From assembly GCA_030390025.1 (NCBI GenBank), contig CM059431.1, forward strand, positions 103,108,001 through 103,172,000: a DNA stretch of 64,000 nucleotides, in the 5' to 3' direction. Positions 38,680-51,365 of this stretch are shown one piece after another. Each line of letters starts with the position of its first letter. Position 1 is the stretch's first letter. The DNA comes from Squalus acanthias. Lineage: Eukaryota. The notes beneath the pieces were generated by a model, which ran no database searches, was not told the origin of the DNA, and saw nothing but the letters and a program-made list of their open reading frames with translations. The position numbers and the translations under genes were made by a program.

Positions 38680-39135
38680 AATTTTTTTAAATTCGTTTAT
38701 GGGATGTGGGCGTCGCTGGCAAGGCCAGCATTTATTGCCTATCCCTAGTTGCCCTTGAGAAGGTGCTGGTGAGCCGCCTTCTTGAACCGCTGCAGTCCGT
38801 GTGGTGAAGGTACTCCCACAGTGCTGTTAGGGAGGGAGTTCCAGGATTTTGACCCAGCGACGATGAAAGATCGGCGATATACTTCTAAGTCGGGATAGTG
38901 TGTGACTTGGAGGGGAACTTGGAGGTGGTGGTGTTCCCATGCGCCTGCTGCCCTTGTCCTTCTAGGTGGAAGAGGTTGCGGGTTTGGGAGGTGCTGCCGA
39001 AGAAGCCTTAGCGAGTTGCTGCAGTGCATCTTGTAGATGGTACACACTGCAGCCATGGTGCGCCGGTGGTGGAGGGAGTGAATGTTTAAGGTGGTGGATG
39101 GGGTGCCAATCAAAGCGGGCTGCTTTGTCCTGGAC
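38680..39135 (-). mobile_element. Zenon-like LINE 3' end
   Basis: Reverse complement of 2870-3323. Confidence 0.85.
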
Positions 39136-39639
39136 ATTTCCACTAAGTGCTTCCTGACATCACCCCTGAACGGCCTGGCTCTAATTTTAAGGCTTGTTCT
39201 GGAGGTTGTTTCAGTTCCTGGAGCAGAATACTATAACGGAAAGACAGAGGCATAATTGCTTTGCTGAACGAGACAGCTTTCGTACACTAAACAGTGGAAC
39301 TGAGCATCTAGTGAAGTCGAGCCACGCCAATCCTCGGTAAAAAAAAAAGTTGTTGATTTCAGGATTTCCAGAACAAGAACTCATTGCCAGGCCGGTGGGC
39401 GGAGCGAGTATTGAATTGGGGGAGGCAACCTGCTGGAGACATGCGGGAACGATCGCTTGCTGTCAGGTAAGTCTCGGGGAGCAGAACCCCGTTTGGAGGG
39501 AGGGGGCGGGAGGGATAAGCATGGGCCAAGGAGGCCCAAGGTTTCTTCGTGGCGCCCGGAGGAACTTGCCTTGCTCGGCCTCTTCTCACCCTCAAGCCAG
39601 CCCCTGGCAGCTTTGGCCTGGTGGAAAAGCCACCACTAA

Positions 39640-40092
39640 GAGGTTATACCTATCAGGAAAGATTGAACAAGCTGGGGCTCATTTCTCTAGAAAAGAGAAG
39701 GCTGAGGGGTGACCTAATAGAGGTCATTAAAATGACGAAGGGGTTTCAATAGGGTAGACGTAGAGAAGATGTTTCCATTTGTGGTGGAAGCCCAAAACTA
39801 GGGGCCATCAATATAAGATAGTCACTAATAAATCCAATCGGGAATTCAGGAGAAACTTCTTCACCCAGAGAGTGGTGAGAATGTGGAACTCGCTACCACA
39901 GGGAGTGGTTGAGGTGAATAGCAGAGATGCATTTAAGGAGAAGCTAAATAAACACATGAGGGAGAAAGGAATAGAAGGTTATGCAGATAGGTGAGATGAA
40001 GAGGGTGGGAGGAGGCTCGTGTGGAGCATAAACAGTAGCATAGACCAGTTTGGCCAAATGGCCTGTTTCTGTGCTGTACATTCTATTCTATG
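39640..40092 (+). mobile_element. CR1 LINE 3' end
   Basis: Motifs RRLRGDL and RRNFFTQRVVRMWNSLP. Confidence 0.88.
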
Positions 40093-40547
40093 TAAATCCA
40101 CCAGATCTTTCGTTCCTTCTTAAAGTTCAAGAATTCTGAAGTATATTTCAAAACAGTGAGATTTGTATCCCCTCATCTTCTATGTCCATGTCTCTCATAT
40201 AAGCAGTGAGGTAGCTGATGTGGCCTCTCCAATGCTACATGAATCACATAGAGGAATCGGGCAGAAAACCGAATGATGTTATTGCTATTGTAAAAAAATA
40301 GTGATGGACTATTACTTTGTTAATTGTTAGTGATGTAAAGAACATCATGAAATGGGGCAATCTTTGTGGCCATTAACGGAAGATCTTTTTGTATTCTGTT
40401 ATACTGGCACACAATGCACTTCAACGGTAAAATTTGATAGTGGGAAAGGGGGTTAAATGTTCAAATCTGGATAACTAATGTCCAGCAGTTCTTCAGATAA
40501 AGTCTGATTGACAATTGGAATAAACCTTTGGGTACAGTACTGTAGTC

Positions 40548-40925
40548 ATTGAAACATATAAGATTCTGAGGGGGATTGACAGGGTAGATGCCGAGAGGCT
40601 GTTTCCCCCCTGGTTAGGGAGTCTAGAACCAGGGGTCACAGTCTCAGAATAAGGGGTCGGCCATTTATGACTGAGATGAGGAGGAATTTCTTCACTCAGA
40701 GGGTGGTGAATCTTTGGAATTCTCCGCCCCGGAGGGCTGTGGAGGCTCAGTCGTTGAGCATATTCAAGACAGAGATCGATAGATTTTTGGATACTAAGGA
40801 AATCAAGGATATGGGGATAGTGCAGAAGTTGAGGTCGAAGATCAGCCATGATCTTATTGAATGGCGGGGCAGGCTCGAAGGGCCGTATGGCTGACTCCTG
40901 CTCCTAATCCTTCTGCTCTTATGTT
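40548..40925 (+). mobile_element. CR1 LINE 3' end
   Basis: Matches 13840-14220. Confidence 0.88.
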
Positions 40926-41049
40926 AATGGCCAAGTGGCCTGCTTCTGTGCTGTAAGTTCTATATACTTCTATGAACCTGCTTCCATGATCCTGTTAGGA
41001 AATGCATTTCAGATCATAACAACTCGCTGAGTAAAAAAAATTCTCCTCA

Positions 41050-41360
41050 GGGCAGCACGGTGGCATAGTGGTTAGCACTGTTGCCTCACAGCGCCAGGGA
41101 CCCGGGTTCGAATCCGGCCTCGGGTGACTGTCTGTGTGGAGTTTGCACATTCTCCCTGTGTCTGCGTGGGTTTGCTTCGGTTTCCTCCCACAGTCCAAAG
41201 ATGTGCGGGTTAGGTTGATTTGGCTATGATAAATTGACCCTTAGTGTTAGGGGGGATTAAATACGTGGGGTTATGGGGATAGGGTGGGATATGTGTCGGT
41301 GCAGGCTCGATGGGCCGAAATGGCCTCTATCTGCACTGTGGGGATTCTGTGATTCTGTGA
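41050..41360 (+). mobile_element. HE1-like V-SINE
   Basis: tRNA head (TGGCATAGTGG, GGTTCGAATCC), V-domain TGTGTGGAGTTTGCACATTCTCCC and a CR1-type tail (GATTCTGT)n. Confidence 0.85.
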
Positions 41361-41419
41361 TCTCCCCTCTGGTTCTTTTGCCAATTATCTTAAATCTGTG
41401 TCCGCTGGTTACCGGCCCA

Positions 41420-41650
41420 TCTAAGCTCTGGAATTCCCTCCCTGAACCTCTTCGCCTCTCCACCCTCCTTTAAGATGCTCCTTAAAACCTGCCTCTTTGA
41501 CCAAGGTTTTGGTCACCTTTCCCTAATATCTCCTTATGTGGCTCGGTGTCAAATTCTGTTTGATAGTCGCTCCTGTGAAGCACCTTGGGAACGTTTTACT
41601 ACGTTAAAAGGTGCTACATAAATGCAAGATGTTGTTGATGTTGTTGTTGA
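41420..41650 (+). mobile_element. L2-clade LINE 3' end
   Basis: Matches 3960-4181. Confidence 0.8.
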
Positions 41651-42096
41651 TGTAATTGAGGTACAAGATAAAACCCATGTGGAATGATGGAGGGTCCCAT
41701 CCAAAGAGTTGACCTGATTTTCTCTGTCAGATGCTGACTGACCTGCCATGTATACCCAGAACCTTCTGTTTTTATTACAGAAATCAAAAGCAAACGCGAG
41801 GTGACCGCTTTGGTGAAGTAAAAATACGTCACATTTACATATATCTTATTTCTGAAAGTCACCAAAGCATCTTTGAAATAATAGTGTGCTTAAATAACAT
41901 GTCAATAGCAAATAATGCTGAAGAGTTCAAGCAGACAGGTCAAAACAAGATTACAAAGAGTACAGACACAAATAGAGCCTTTATATCAACTGAATTGGCA
42001 CTGATTGTATCAGATCTGAAGGCCTTAATTAAAGGTTGTTAACAGCAGCCTGCGAATAATGGGGACAAATTTAATCATGATGAGAACAAATTGACT

Positions 42097-42880
42097 TTTT
42101 CTTCTTGACGATTTTCTCCCCTCCCCACCTCTCCAGCGGGCATTGATTCCGCTGATGCCTCCAGTGCCTAATCCTCAAGTGGCCGCTGTTCTTACGCGAG
42201 TCTTGAAACCAGGAGGCATTGGGCTGTTCGATCACAGATAGCATCACAGCTTCGCGTGATATCCTACTGAGCGTCAGCCGTGGCTCAGTGGGCAGCACCC
42301 TCGCCTCTGAGTCAGAAGGTCGTGGAGTTCAAGCCTCCAATCCAGAGGCTCGAGCACAAAATCCAGGCTGACACTCCCAGTGCAGTGCTGAGGGAGTGCT
42401 GCACTGTCAGAGGGGTCGTCTTTCAGATGGGACGTTAAACCGAGGGCCCCGTCTGCTCTCTCAGGTGGATGTAAAAGATCGCACGGCACCATTCAAAGAA
42501 GGGCAGGGGAGTTCGCCCCAGTGTCCTGGCCAATAAGTATCCCTCAACCAACATCAGTAAAACAGATCATTATCACATTGCTGTGTGTGGGAGCTTGCTG
42601 TGCGCAAATTGGCTGCTGTGTTTCCTACATTACAACAGTGACTGCACTCCAAAGGTACTTCATTGGCTGTGCAGCGCTTTGGCATGTCCTGAGGTCATGA
42701 AAGGTGCTGTATAAATGCAAGTCTTTCTTTGTCTCAGCTGACATCCACATACATCACTTTTGAGCACGGATCATGGGATAATAATCAGGAGGAGGAACCC
42801 TGCTTAATTAGTCCTCCTCCTTAATAAGGAGCACTGAGGTTAATTATAGCGCACCTATCCCATCCCATTGCCTGGGGCGA
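42097..42880 (-). mobile_element. Old LF-SINE-like element split by a SacSINE1-like copy
   Basis: 42097-42270 and 42731-42880 follow the reverse complement of the recalled LF-SINE consensus. Confidence 0.55.
42277..42730 (+). mobile_element. Full-length SacSINE1-like SINE
   Basis: Matches 8592-9058. Confidence 0.9.
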
Positions 42881-43408
42881 TCGTGTGCGATGTATTTTTT
42901 AAGCACCTTCACGGACTCCCAGGCCGTGTGTGACTTCTGCAACCTCGAGGAGTCCGTATTTCATGTCTGCGCGCGGGCTTGCATTCCCCTCTTCAGCTAT
43001 TTGAAGGGGGGCTGCTCCTCCACATGTGGCTGCATTTTAGCCCCACGCTCCTGATCTTCGGCCACCCGGTGAAGGAGGCTGGGGGGGGGGTGGGGGAGGG
43101 TAAGTCGGAGGACCTTGCAGTGGGCCTAGCTCCTGGACCTGGCCAGAACGGCAATTGGTAGATCCAGGATGGCCGGAGTCCATGGGGGCGGGGGGGGCAG
43201 GGGTTTCTTCAAAATGGCTGCCTTCCTTTGTTCCGCGGTATTCTCTGTGCCCGGGTGGCCCTGGAGAGGGGGGCATGCGGGGCCCACTGGTATGTTCGAG
43301 GCTTTCTGTGACCGGTGGGCACTGCAGGGTATGGAATGCATTGTAGGCGCCAATGACAAAATCATAATTTAATTGGTGGCCTTTTCCCTGTTGCTTATCA
43401 AGCATAAT

Positions 43409-44504
43409 GGTGCAGAAATTCCGATCCCTACGGGTGTGTACGCGCTGTGTACTCACCCGTAGGGACATCGGAAATGCCGGTTTCAGGCATGCACTGCGCA
43501 TGGGCAACACGGTGGCATAGTGGTTAGCACTGGTGTCTCACAGTGCCAGGGACCCGGGTTCGAATCTGACCTCGGGTGACTGTCTGTGTGGAGTTTGCAC
43601 ATTCTCCCCGTGTCTGCGTGGGTTTCCTCCGGGTGCTCCGGTTTCCTCCCACAGTCCAAAAATGTGCGGGTTAGGTTGATTTGGCTATGATAAATTGACC
43701 CTTAGTGTTAGGGGGGGATTAAATATGTGGGGATAGGATGGGATATGTTAGGGGGAATTAAATACGTGGGGTTACGGGGGTAGGGTGGGATATGTGTACT
43801 GTGGGGATTAAAGCAGGGACAGGGTACTGGATTTGGATGATCAGCCATGATCGTATTGAATGGTGGAGCAGGCTCGACGGGCCGAATGGCCTACTCCTGC
43901 TCCTAGATTCTATGTTTCTATGCGCTGGAAACCGGCATTTCCGATCTGTCAAGAAAGCTCTTGACAGATCCTCCGGCTGCCCGGGAGCAGGGTCTCTGTG
44001 GGTGGAGAGTTCCGCTTTTTGGAGACCCTCCACCCGCAGAAAACCCTTACAATTCTTGCGCCTGGTAAAAGCAGGTGTAAGGCCTGCTTTTACCAGGATA
44101 AGAGTTGAAAAAAAGTTAAAAAAAAATTTCCACTGATTTATCATTTAAAAATACTTTAAAGAAAGGTGATTTTAAAAGGTGTTTAAAATACTTAATTTAT
44201 TGTAATTCCAAGTCATTTTAAAAATGTGATGTTTTTTTAAAATTTATTTAAAGTTTTACTATGTTTTGGGGTGATCTCCATTCATATATTTGACAGCTCT
44301 TCCTGTCAAATGTATGAAGGGAGAGTCCCTTCTCTGATTGGCTCCCCATGGCCCACGTGATCCCAGGGACGCTGCGAACCGCCTGCGCCTCTGGGACATG
44401 TGGGCCTTGCGCACCGGCAGTTTGTAGAGGCCCAGCAACGGAACTCTGCGCCTCCCGGAAGCCCTCCGGTCCAGGCGTAGATTTGCGATCGGAATATCTG
44501 GGCC
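43409..44504. mobile_element. Harbinger-type MITE related to 31756-32480, interrupted by a V-SINE
   Basis: TIR GGTGCAGAAATTCCGATC / GATCGGAATATCTGGGCC. It shares the GCCGGTTT...AAACCGGC hairpin, AT-rich centre and CACGTGATCCC. Confidence 0.75.
43502..43920 (+). mobile_element. HE1-like V-SINE with longer CR1-derived tail
   Basis: Head matches 41050-41260. Tail matches CR1 15800-15900. Confidence 0.85.
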
Positions 44505-44573
44505 ATTATTCAATTGGATTTTTTGGTTTATTCATCATTATCAATGGTGCTGTACAAGGACGCTTGACATATT

Positions 44574-45310
44574 GGCCCATAACTTGCTCTCAAAATAAGG
44601 ATGAGGCTAATGGCGCTCGCCGTTATTTATGCGCAAATGGTACAGCAACTTCAGGCGAGGGGCTGATGCGCGATTAAATGCGGAAATCGAGAAGTTGCTG
44701 TCCGAGATGTCTGCTTCTCCATTGAAATGCATTGAATGGCATAAAGTTTCTGTTCTTGCGCAGTAGATATGAACTAAACTCACTGCAGAATGTTAAGTCA
44801 AATCATTTCAGTCTAAATACCCATTTAACAACGTGGTAAGTGTTAATTACTGCCAGTCAATCTCTCTGTAACTGAACATTAACTATTACAAGTGCGGAGT
44901 CTCATTCCTTCAGGTTTTAATTGTTGTTGGAGATTTAAAAGTATTTTTTAAAAACTTTTTCTTTCTGTCTCTTTTTTTTCTCTCTCCCTGAATCCAGTCT
45001 TTCTTTCCCTCTCTTTATTTCTCTCTCTGTACCTGATTTGACCTTGAATTCGCCCACTCCAACTTATACTCCCTTCTCAGTCCTTGCGCTGTTAATTTCA
45101 CAATCCTTCAATCTGATTGGTTAAGGAGATACACAGTTGCTTGCCCTGTGCACTCAGGTCCCAGATGCCCTGTAGAGGATGCAAGGCTGTTTCAATCGCC
45201 CACTGACAACAACACTCGCAGCGCAAATTATCACGAGGATTAAACGGGTGAGGGCAAGTCTAGCTAACGGCGGGCGCTGTTTGTTGGCCTGCCACAGCAA
45301 TATTTGGGCC
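44574..45310. mobile_element. Harbinger-type MITE (same family as 11991-12743)
   Basis: TIR GGCCCATAACTTGCT / AGCAATATTTGGGCC with flanks ATT/ATC. Confidence 0.75.
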
Positions 45311-45325
45311 ATCGATTTTATATCT

Positions 45326-45945
45326 CTGAAATACTCAGCAGGTCAGGCAGTATCTGTGGAGAGAGAAACAGAGTTAATGTTTTAGGTCGATGACCCTTTG
45401 TCAGAACTGGAAAAAGCAGGAAATGGAACAGATTTTAAGCAAGCGCAGGGGCAGGGAAAGGGGGAGGGGAGGAAAGAACAAAAGGGAAGGTCTGTGATAG
45501 GGTGGAAGGCAGGAGAGATTAAGAGACATTAAGAGAGGTTAAGAGATGGTGCAAGGCAAAAGGAGATGGTAATAGGACAAGTTAAGAAACAAAAGATGGC
45601 TCTAGATGAAGTGTAAATGGCACTGGCAGAATGACAGACAGCTGCCATGTGAGAGAGAGAAAAAAATAAATGGAAAAAAAAAGGATAGGGGCAGAGGTTA
45701 TGGTCTGAAATTGTTGAGCTCTATGTTGAGTCCAGAGGGCTGTAAAGTACCTAATCGAAAGATGAGGTGCTGTTCCTCGAGCTTACGTTGAGCTTCATTG
45801 GAACAGTGCAAGAGGCCGAGGACGGTGAGATCAGAGTGGGAGTGGAGCGGAGAATTAAAGTGACAGGCGACCGGAAGCTCGGGGTCCCCCTTACGGACTG
45901 AACGGAGGTGTTTCAGATTTCCAGCATCTGCAGTATTTTGCTTTT
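45326..45945 (-). mobile_element. Penelope-like element (family A): ORF 3' end, 3' UTR, terminal repeat and short inverted terminal piece
   Basis: Endonuclease C-terminus, a decayed hammerhead at ~45372-45408 and an opposite-orientation repeat end at 45911-45945. Confidence 0.85.
45698..45910 (-). pseudogene. C-terminal 70 aa of a Penelope GIY-YIG endonuclease domain (absent from the ORF track)
   Basis: Manual translation: HLRSVRKGDPELPVACHFNSPLHSHSDLTVLGLLHCSNEAQRKLEEQHLIFRLGTLQPSGLNIELNNFRP*. It shows the PLE pattern H..VA.HF..H..E..L.TL.P.GLN. Confidence 0.88.
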
Positions 45946-46165
45946 AGATTTTTTTTGATTTTATATTTCTGTTTGGTGACAATGTGGCAACTTAATGCCA
46001 ACCCCTACAGGTCAATCGGAAAAGGCCCCTCCCCAGCCCAGCTGAGGTGAGCTAACTGAGCACTGATCTGGGATGAAACCTGGGAATTTTTCGACCTGTG
46101 TGGCTCAACAACAAAAAAAATGGGCGCAACTTTTAAACTGAGAAGAGGAAGGATGTAAAGGGTAA

Positions 46166-47004
46166 GGGCTGGATTTTGTGAATGGAGGCGAGTTGGAGGC
46201 GAGACTGCTGCTTTGTCATGTCAATGTCCCGCCTCCATCCTCGCCTGACCAACCAGAGAGATTTTCCCCTGATTGAGCTCGTTAAGCCCGCCCTGCGGGC
46301 TCAGCAGGCCAATTAGGGAGGAAGTCACTGACAGAGCACGTCAACGTCAAACGTGCTAACTGTCAAGCCTTCTTGAAAGGAGAAATGGCAGCGTTTGACA
46401 GCTCTGTGAAGCTGTCAAACACTGACATGCTCTTTAGCTTGATGAGTCTTTGTGGTGAAGACTGAACAAACATTGAAAATAAGTAAATTTCAGATGTCTG
46501 ATGTATCGGAGGGTCCATCAGCCATTGCCTGAAATTGACAAGGTGGATGTCCGCTCTCCCCATCCAGCGCGGCTAAAGGCTATAGAAGGAAAAAAAGGTA
46601 AGTGAACACTTTTTTAAAATAATCACTCACCTTGCATTCTTACCACTCCACACTTGCACCCATCACTCACCTCTACACCTTACTTCCAGGTGCCTCCGAC
46701 CCCCGCAGACCTCCTCCACGTCTCCTCTAACCCGGTGGGGTTCTCCGAGGCTTTCACCTGTGAAGGTAAAATGGCACTAATCCTTTTTTCTGCCTGTTAA
46801 CTACCTGTTAGCAGGCAGTTAAAAGGATTAAAAGCCTTTCCCGCCTCCAGGAGACGGGACCCGAAGCAGCACATCTTCCTGCCTCCTGGCAAAAGGGCAC
46901 GGAGGCGGGATGGGGACGGCTTTGCCATCCGCCCCCACTTTCTCCGATTTTACGGGCTGTCCCGCCTCCATGCCCGCCTCCTCGGGGCTTGGAAAATCCA
47001 GCCC
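46166..47004. mobile_element. Harbinger-type MITE (GGGCTGGATTTT family)
   Basis: Perfect 12-bp TIR with flanks TAA/TAT and subterminal CCCGCCTCC repeats. Confidence 0.82.
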
Positions 47005-47097
47005 TATATCTTGGATTTAACAATGTTACGCTGCGGGAGCTGAGTGGATAGAATGGGTTCCTAAGGGAGGCAGTTGGTGGTCTGATTCTGGACTTTA

Positions 47098-47850
47098 AAG
47101 AAAGAAATGCATTCGCTACAGCGCCTTTCATGACCTCAGGACGTCCCAAAGCGCTTTACAGCCAATGAAGTACTTTTTGAAGTGGATTCACTGTTGTAAT
47201 GTAGGAAGCGCGGCAGCCAATTTGCGCACAGCAAGCTCCCACACACAGCAATGTGGTAATGACCAGATAATCTGTTTTTTAGTGATGTCGATTGAGGGAT
47301 AAATTATTGGCCCCAGGACACAGGGGAGAACTTCCCTGCTCTTGTTGGAAAGAGTGGGTAGCCCACTTGCCTCTGAGTCAGAAGGTTGTGGGTTCACAGA
47401 CCCACTCCAGGGACTTTAGCACAAAAATCTAGGCTGACACTCCCAGTGCCAGTACTGAGGGAGCGCTGCACTGTCGAAGGTGCCGTTTTTCAGATGAGAC
47501 GTTAAACCGAGGCCCCGTCTGCTCTCTCAGGTGGACGTAAAAGATCCCATGGCACTATTTCGAAGAAGAGCAAGGGAGTTATCCCCGGTGTCCTGGCCAA
47601 TATTTATCCCTTAATCAACATCACTAAAAGCAGATTATCTGGTCATTATCACATTGCTGTTTGTGGGAGCTTGCTGTGCGCAAATCGGTTGCTGCGTTTC
47701 CCACATTACAACAGTGACTCCACTCAAAAGTACTTCATTGGCTGTAAAGCGCTTTGAGACGGCCGGTGGTCGTGAAAGGCGCCAGTAGAAATGCAAGTTT
47801 TTCTTTCTTTTTAGTGCCGTGGGATCTTTTAGCATCTATTGGGCAGACGG
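47098..47850. mobile_element. Plus-strand SacSINE1-like copy (47354-47810) nested in a minus-strand copy
   Basis: The minus copy 47098-47352 resumes at 47812 (TAGTGCCGTGGGATCTTTT). Confidence 0.85.
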
Positions 47851-49124
47851 CGGGCGGGTAGACTAGTCGCAACCCTTCGCTCAATTTTGCCAGTAAGAGA
47901 CCTGGACCATTTTGATGGTTGGGCCGTAATTAGATTTAACCAGTGGGCTGCCGTGAGCGCTGATCGGCAGTTTGCGGTTTTGAGGGCGGTGAAGGACTTT
48001 CTTCTGACTTTGCTGTTGGATTTGTTGGCAACCACCTCATATTTATGACCCCTAATTTTTGGGGCTCCCTAAATCGGAAGCTACATTGAAGCCACCCACA
48101 TGTATCTGTTTTATCCTCAATGGCCCAACTTGCGTTCAAAGTTTACTCTTTGAATAGATACCAAACTGGTTCTGTTTGGTGGATGAGTGCAGTGTCCTAT
48201 TTGAGATCACACACACACCGTAAAAAGTTGCAAAATGTATCCTGCTTGCTGCTGTCTTCACAAATAACTGGCAAAGCCATTCTCCGCGTGCTCCTAATAC
48301 ATTCAAGGGCAGTTCCAAATTTCGCTGGATGTTAGTTCAATCCTAGGATGATATGACCAGCTGTATCATCCTTAGAGGATCTTGACACGATATTAAGCTA
48401 CAGTTACAAGCCAATACTTGAATGTGGAGCCCTGGGGGAAATCTTTCAGATCCAAAAACACATCATTTGCAACAAGGAGGCAGGTGTCAGCATCAGCGGA
48501 GCAGAGAACAATATAATATATTTAGTATCAAAAAAAATGGAAACAAAATACTGTCACTTCACTACTGGGAACGATGAGAGAAAATATCTGCCTTTCCAGC
48601 CCTGGAGAATGTTAATTTACTGACAGAATGAAATATGGTCTCACTACTACAGGTGCAGCCAGCATAGGCCCCAGCTTGTGATATTGGTTTTGAATTGATG
48701 TCTTTGCTCTGCTGTTGAAGGATGGGAATCAGCTGTAACAGGGGGAGGTGGTAAAGCTTTTAATTAGCATTGGAAGCGCAGTCAATTCTTCTCATAACTT
48801 ATTTAGCGTGCAATTTTCAACACTTATCAAGAGAATATTATTCACAGAACTTTGAACGGTTATGCTGACACTCTCTCCTCAAGTTTGGGAACAGAAGGAA
48901 TCTTGCACATGACAGGTCAATTAATCCAGCTGGCTTTGTTCAGAGTTTTACAAGTTCCTCCACTTCTTTCTTTAATTGGGTACTAATGCAAACAACTTAT
49001 CTCACGGCAAGCACAGCACTTACACAAGCTTACCAAGAGACATTTTTATCGAAAGAAAAGTATACTGTAAATACCAAGCAAAGACACAGTGTATTGGATT
49101 CCAACCCTGCTCCGCTACTACTGG

Positions 49125-49552
49125 GCTCAGTGAGTCAGAAGGTCGCGGGTTTAAGTCCCATCCCAGGGACATTAGCACGTAATCCAAACTGATGCTCCCT
49201 GGTGCCAGTACTGAGGGAGTGCTGCACTGTAAGAGGTGCCATCTTTCGGACGAGATGTTAAACCGAGGACCCATCTGCTCTTCCTGGTGAATGGAAAAGA
49301 TCCCACGGCACTATTTTGAAGAAGAGCAAGGGAGTTCTCCCCGGTGTCCTGCCCAATATTTATTCCTCAACCAACATCTCTAAAAGAGATCATCTGATCA
49401 TTGTCACATTGCTGTTTGTGGGAGCTTGCTGTGCGCAAATTGGCTACATTACAGCAGTGACTGCACTTCAATAAGTATTTTGTTGACTGTAAAGTGATTC
49501 GGGATGTTTTGTGGTTGTGAAAGGCACTTAATAATTTGCAAGTTCTTTCTTT
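49125..49552 (+). mobile_element. SacSINE1-like SINE, diverged
   Basis: Matches 8620-9058. Confidence 0.85.
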
Positions 49553-49684
49553 TACAACTCTAAAGTACAAATAAAACATCTTGTTACATATAACACTCAG
49601 TTACTGCACTGGCAAATATCACAACTATGTTAGCCAAATTGATGAAACTCATAAGAGGTCGACTGAAGCTCATCCATTTTATTA

Positions 49685-50105
49685 AAAAATTCATTCTCAG
49701 GATGTGGGCGTCGCTGGCAAGGCCAACATTTATTGCCCATCCCTAATTGCCCCTGAGAAGGTGGTGGTGGGCCGCCTTCTTGAACCGCTGCAGTCCGTGT
49801 GGCGAAGATGCTCCCACAATGGTTTTCTTTGTAACAGTTGGATACAACTCAGTTGCTTGCTGGGCCCGTTCAGAGGGCAGTTAAGAGTCAACCACGTTGG
49901 TGTGGGACTGGAGTCACATATAGGCCAGACCGGGTAAGGACGGCAGGTTTCCTTCCCTGAAGGACATTAGTGAACCAGATGGGTTTTTATGACAATCCGA
50001 CTGATTATTTTTTGAATATATAAACTTAATTGAAATTCTTAAATGGTCATGCTGGGATTTGAACTTACGTTCTCTGGATTACGAGTCCAGTAACATAATC
50101 ACTAC
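49685..50105 (-). mobile_element. tRNA-derived SINE with a Zenon-like LINE tail
   Basis: Minus-strand head GTAGTGATTATGTTACTGGACTCGTAATCCAG...GTTCAAATCCC, a distinct core, and a last ~135 bp matching LINE tail 3185-3323. Confidence 0.7.
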
Positions 50106-50119
50106 CCTATTTTCTTTCT

Positions 50120-50430
50120 ATATTCATTCAAGGGATGTGGGCATCACTGGCCAGGCCAGCATTTATTGCCCATCCCTAATTGCCCTTGAGAAGGTGGTGG
50201 TGAGCCGCCTTCTTGAACCGCTGCAGTCCGTGTGGTGAAGGTGCTCCCACAGTGCTGTTAGGGGGGGAGTTCCAAGATTTTGACCCAGTGACGATGAAGG
50301 ATCGGCGATATACTTCCAAGTCAGGATGGTGTGTGACTTGGAGGGGAACTTGGAGGTGGTGGAGTTTCCATGCGCCTGCTGCCCTTGTCCTTCTAGGTGG
50401 AAGAGGTCACGGGTTTGGGAGGTGCTGCTG
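50120..50430 (-). mobile_element. Zenon-like LINE 3' end
   Basis: Reverse complement of 3005-3320. Confidence 0.85.
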
Positions 50431-50658
50431 AAACATTAGTTCTCCATAACCCTAATGTTTATGCCTCTATTACTTTGGTAGATAATTAAAAACAGATATG
50501 ACTTTTTTTACTGAAAAGGTTTTTTCCCAGTATCTGTTCTTAATTTACTTTTCATTCATTTCCACTTGTGTCCTTTAGAGCTATTTTATTGGCCCATGTT
50601 GAAATAATAACCTGGTTTTACTTCTTCTATAAAATCCAGTATTTTATATCTTCAATTA

Positions 50659-51110
50659 CATAGAATGTACAGCACAAAAACAGACCATTCAGACCAACTG
50701 GTCCGTGCTGCTGTTTATGCCCCACATAAGCCTCCTCCCTCCTACTCCATCTCACCCTATCAGCATATCCTTCTATTCCTTTCTCCCTCATGTGTTTATC
50801 CAGCTTCCCCTTAAATGTATCTCTGCTATTCGCCTCAACCACTCCCTGTGGTAGCGAGTTCCACATTCTCACCACTCTCTGGGTGAAGAAGTTTCTCCTG
50901 AATTCCCTATTGGATTTATTAATGACTATCTTATATCGATGGCCCCTAGTTTTGGCCTCCCTCACAAGTGGAAACATCTTCTCTACGTCTACCCTATCAA
51001 ACCCCTTCTTAATTTTAAAGACCTCGATCAGGTGACCCCTCGGCCTTCTCTTTTTTAGCAAAAAGAGCCCCAGCCTGTCCAGTCTTTCCTCACAAGTGTA
51101 ACCTCTCAGT
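50659..51110 (-). mobile_element. CR1 LINE 3' end
   Basis: Encodes RRNFFTQRVVRMWNSLPQGVVEA. Confidence 0.88.
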
Positions 51111-51365
51111 CTGTGAACGCCCCCTTTTCTAGAATGCAAACCTTAAGCTTATCTATCTTTCCTTAACCCCTTTACATTATCAATCGTGCTAAAATCCTGG
51201 CTGTACCCACCTAGTTCAGGAAAAGCTGAAACCTTTAAAACCTTTAATTTTGCAGGGAGCTCCTACGAATATATCTGAATTCTTTCTATTACTACTGAAA
51301 ATCTGGATTGGATGCTTCCAAGTTACACAGCCGTCCACAAAATGTTTTTCCCAATGAAGGAGAAC

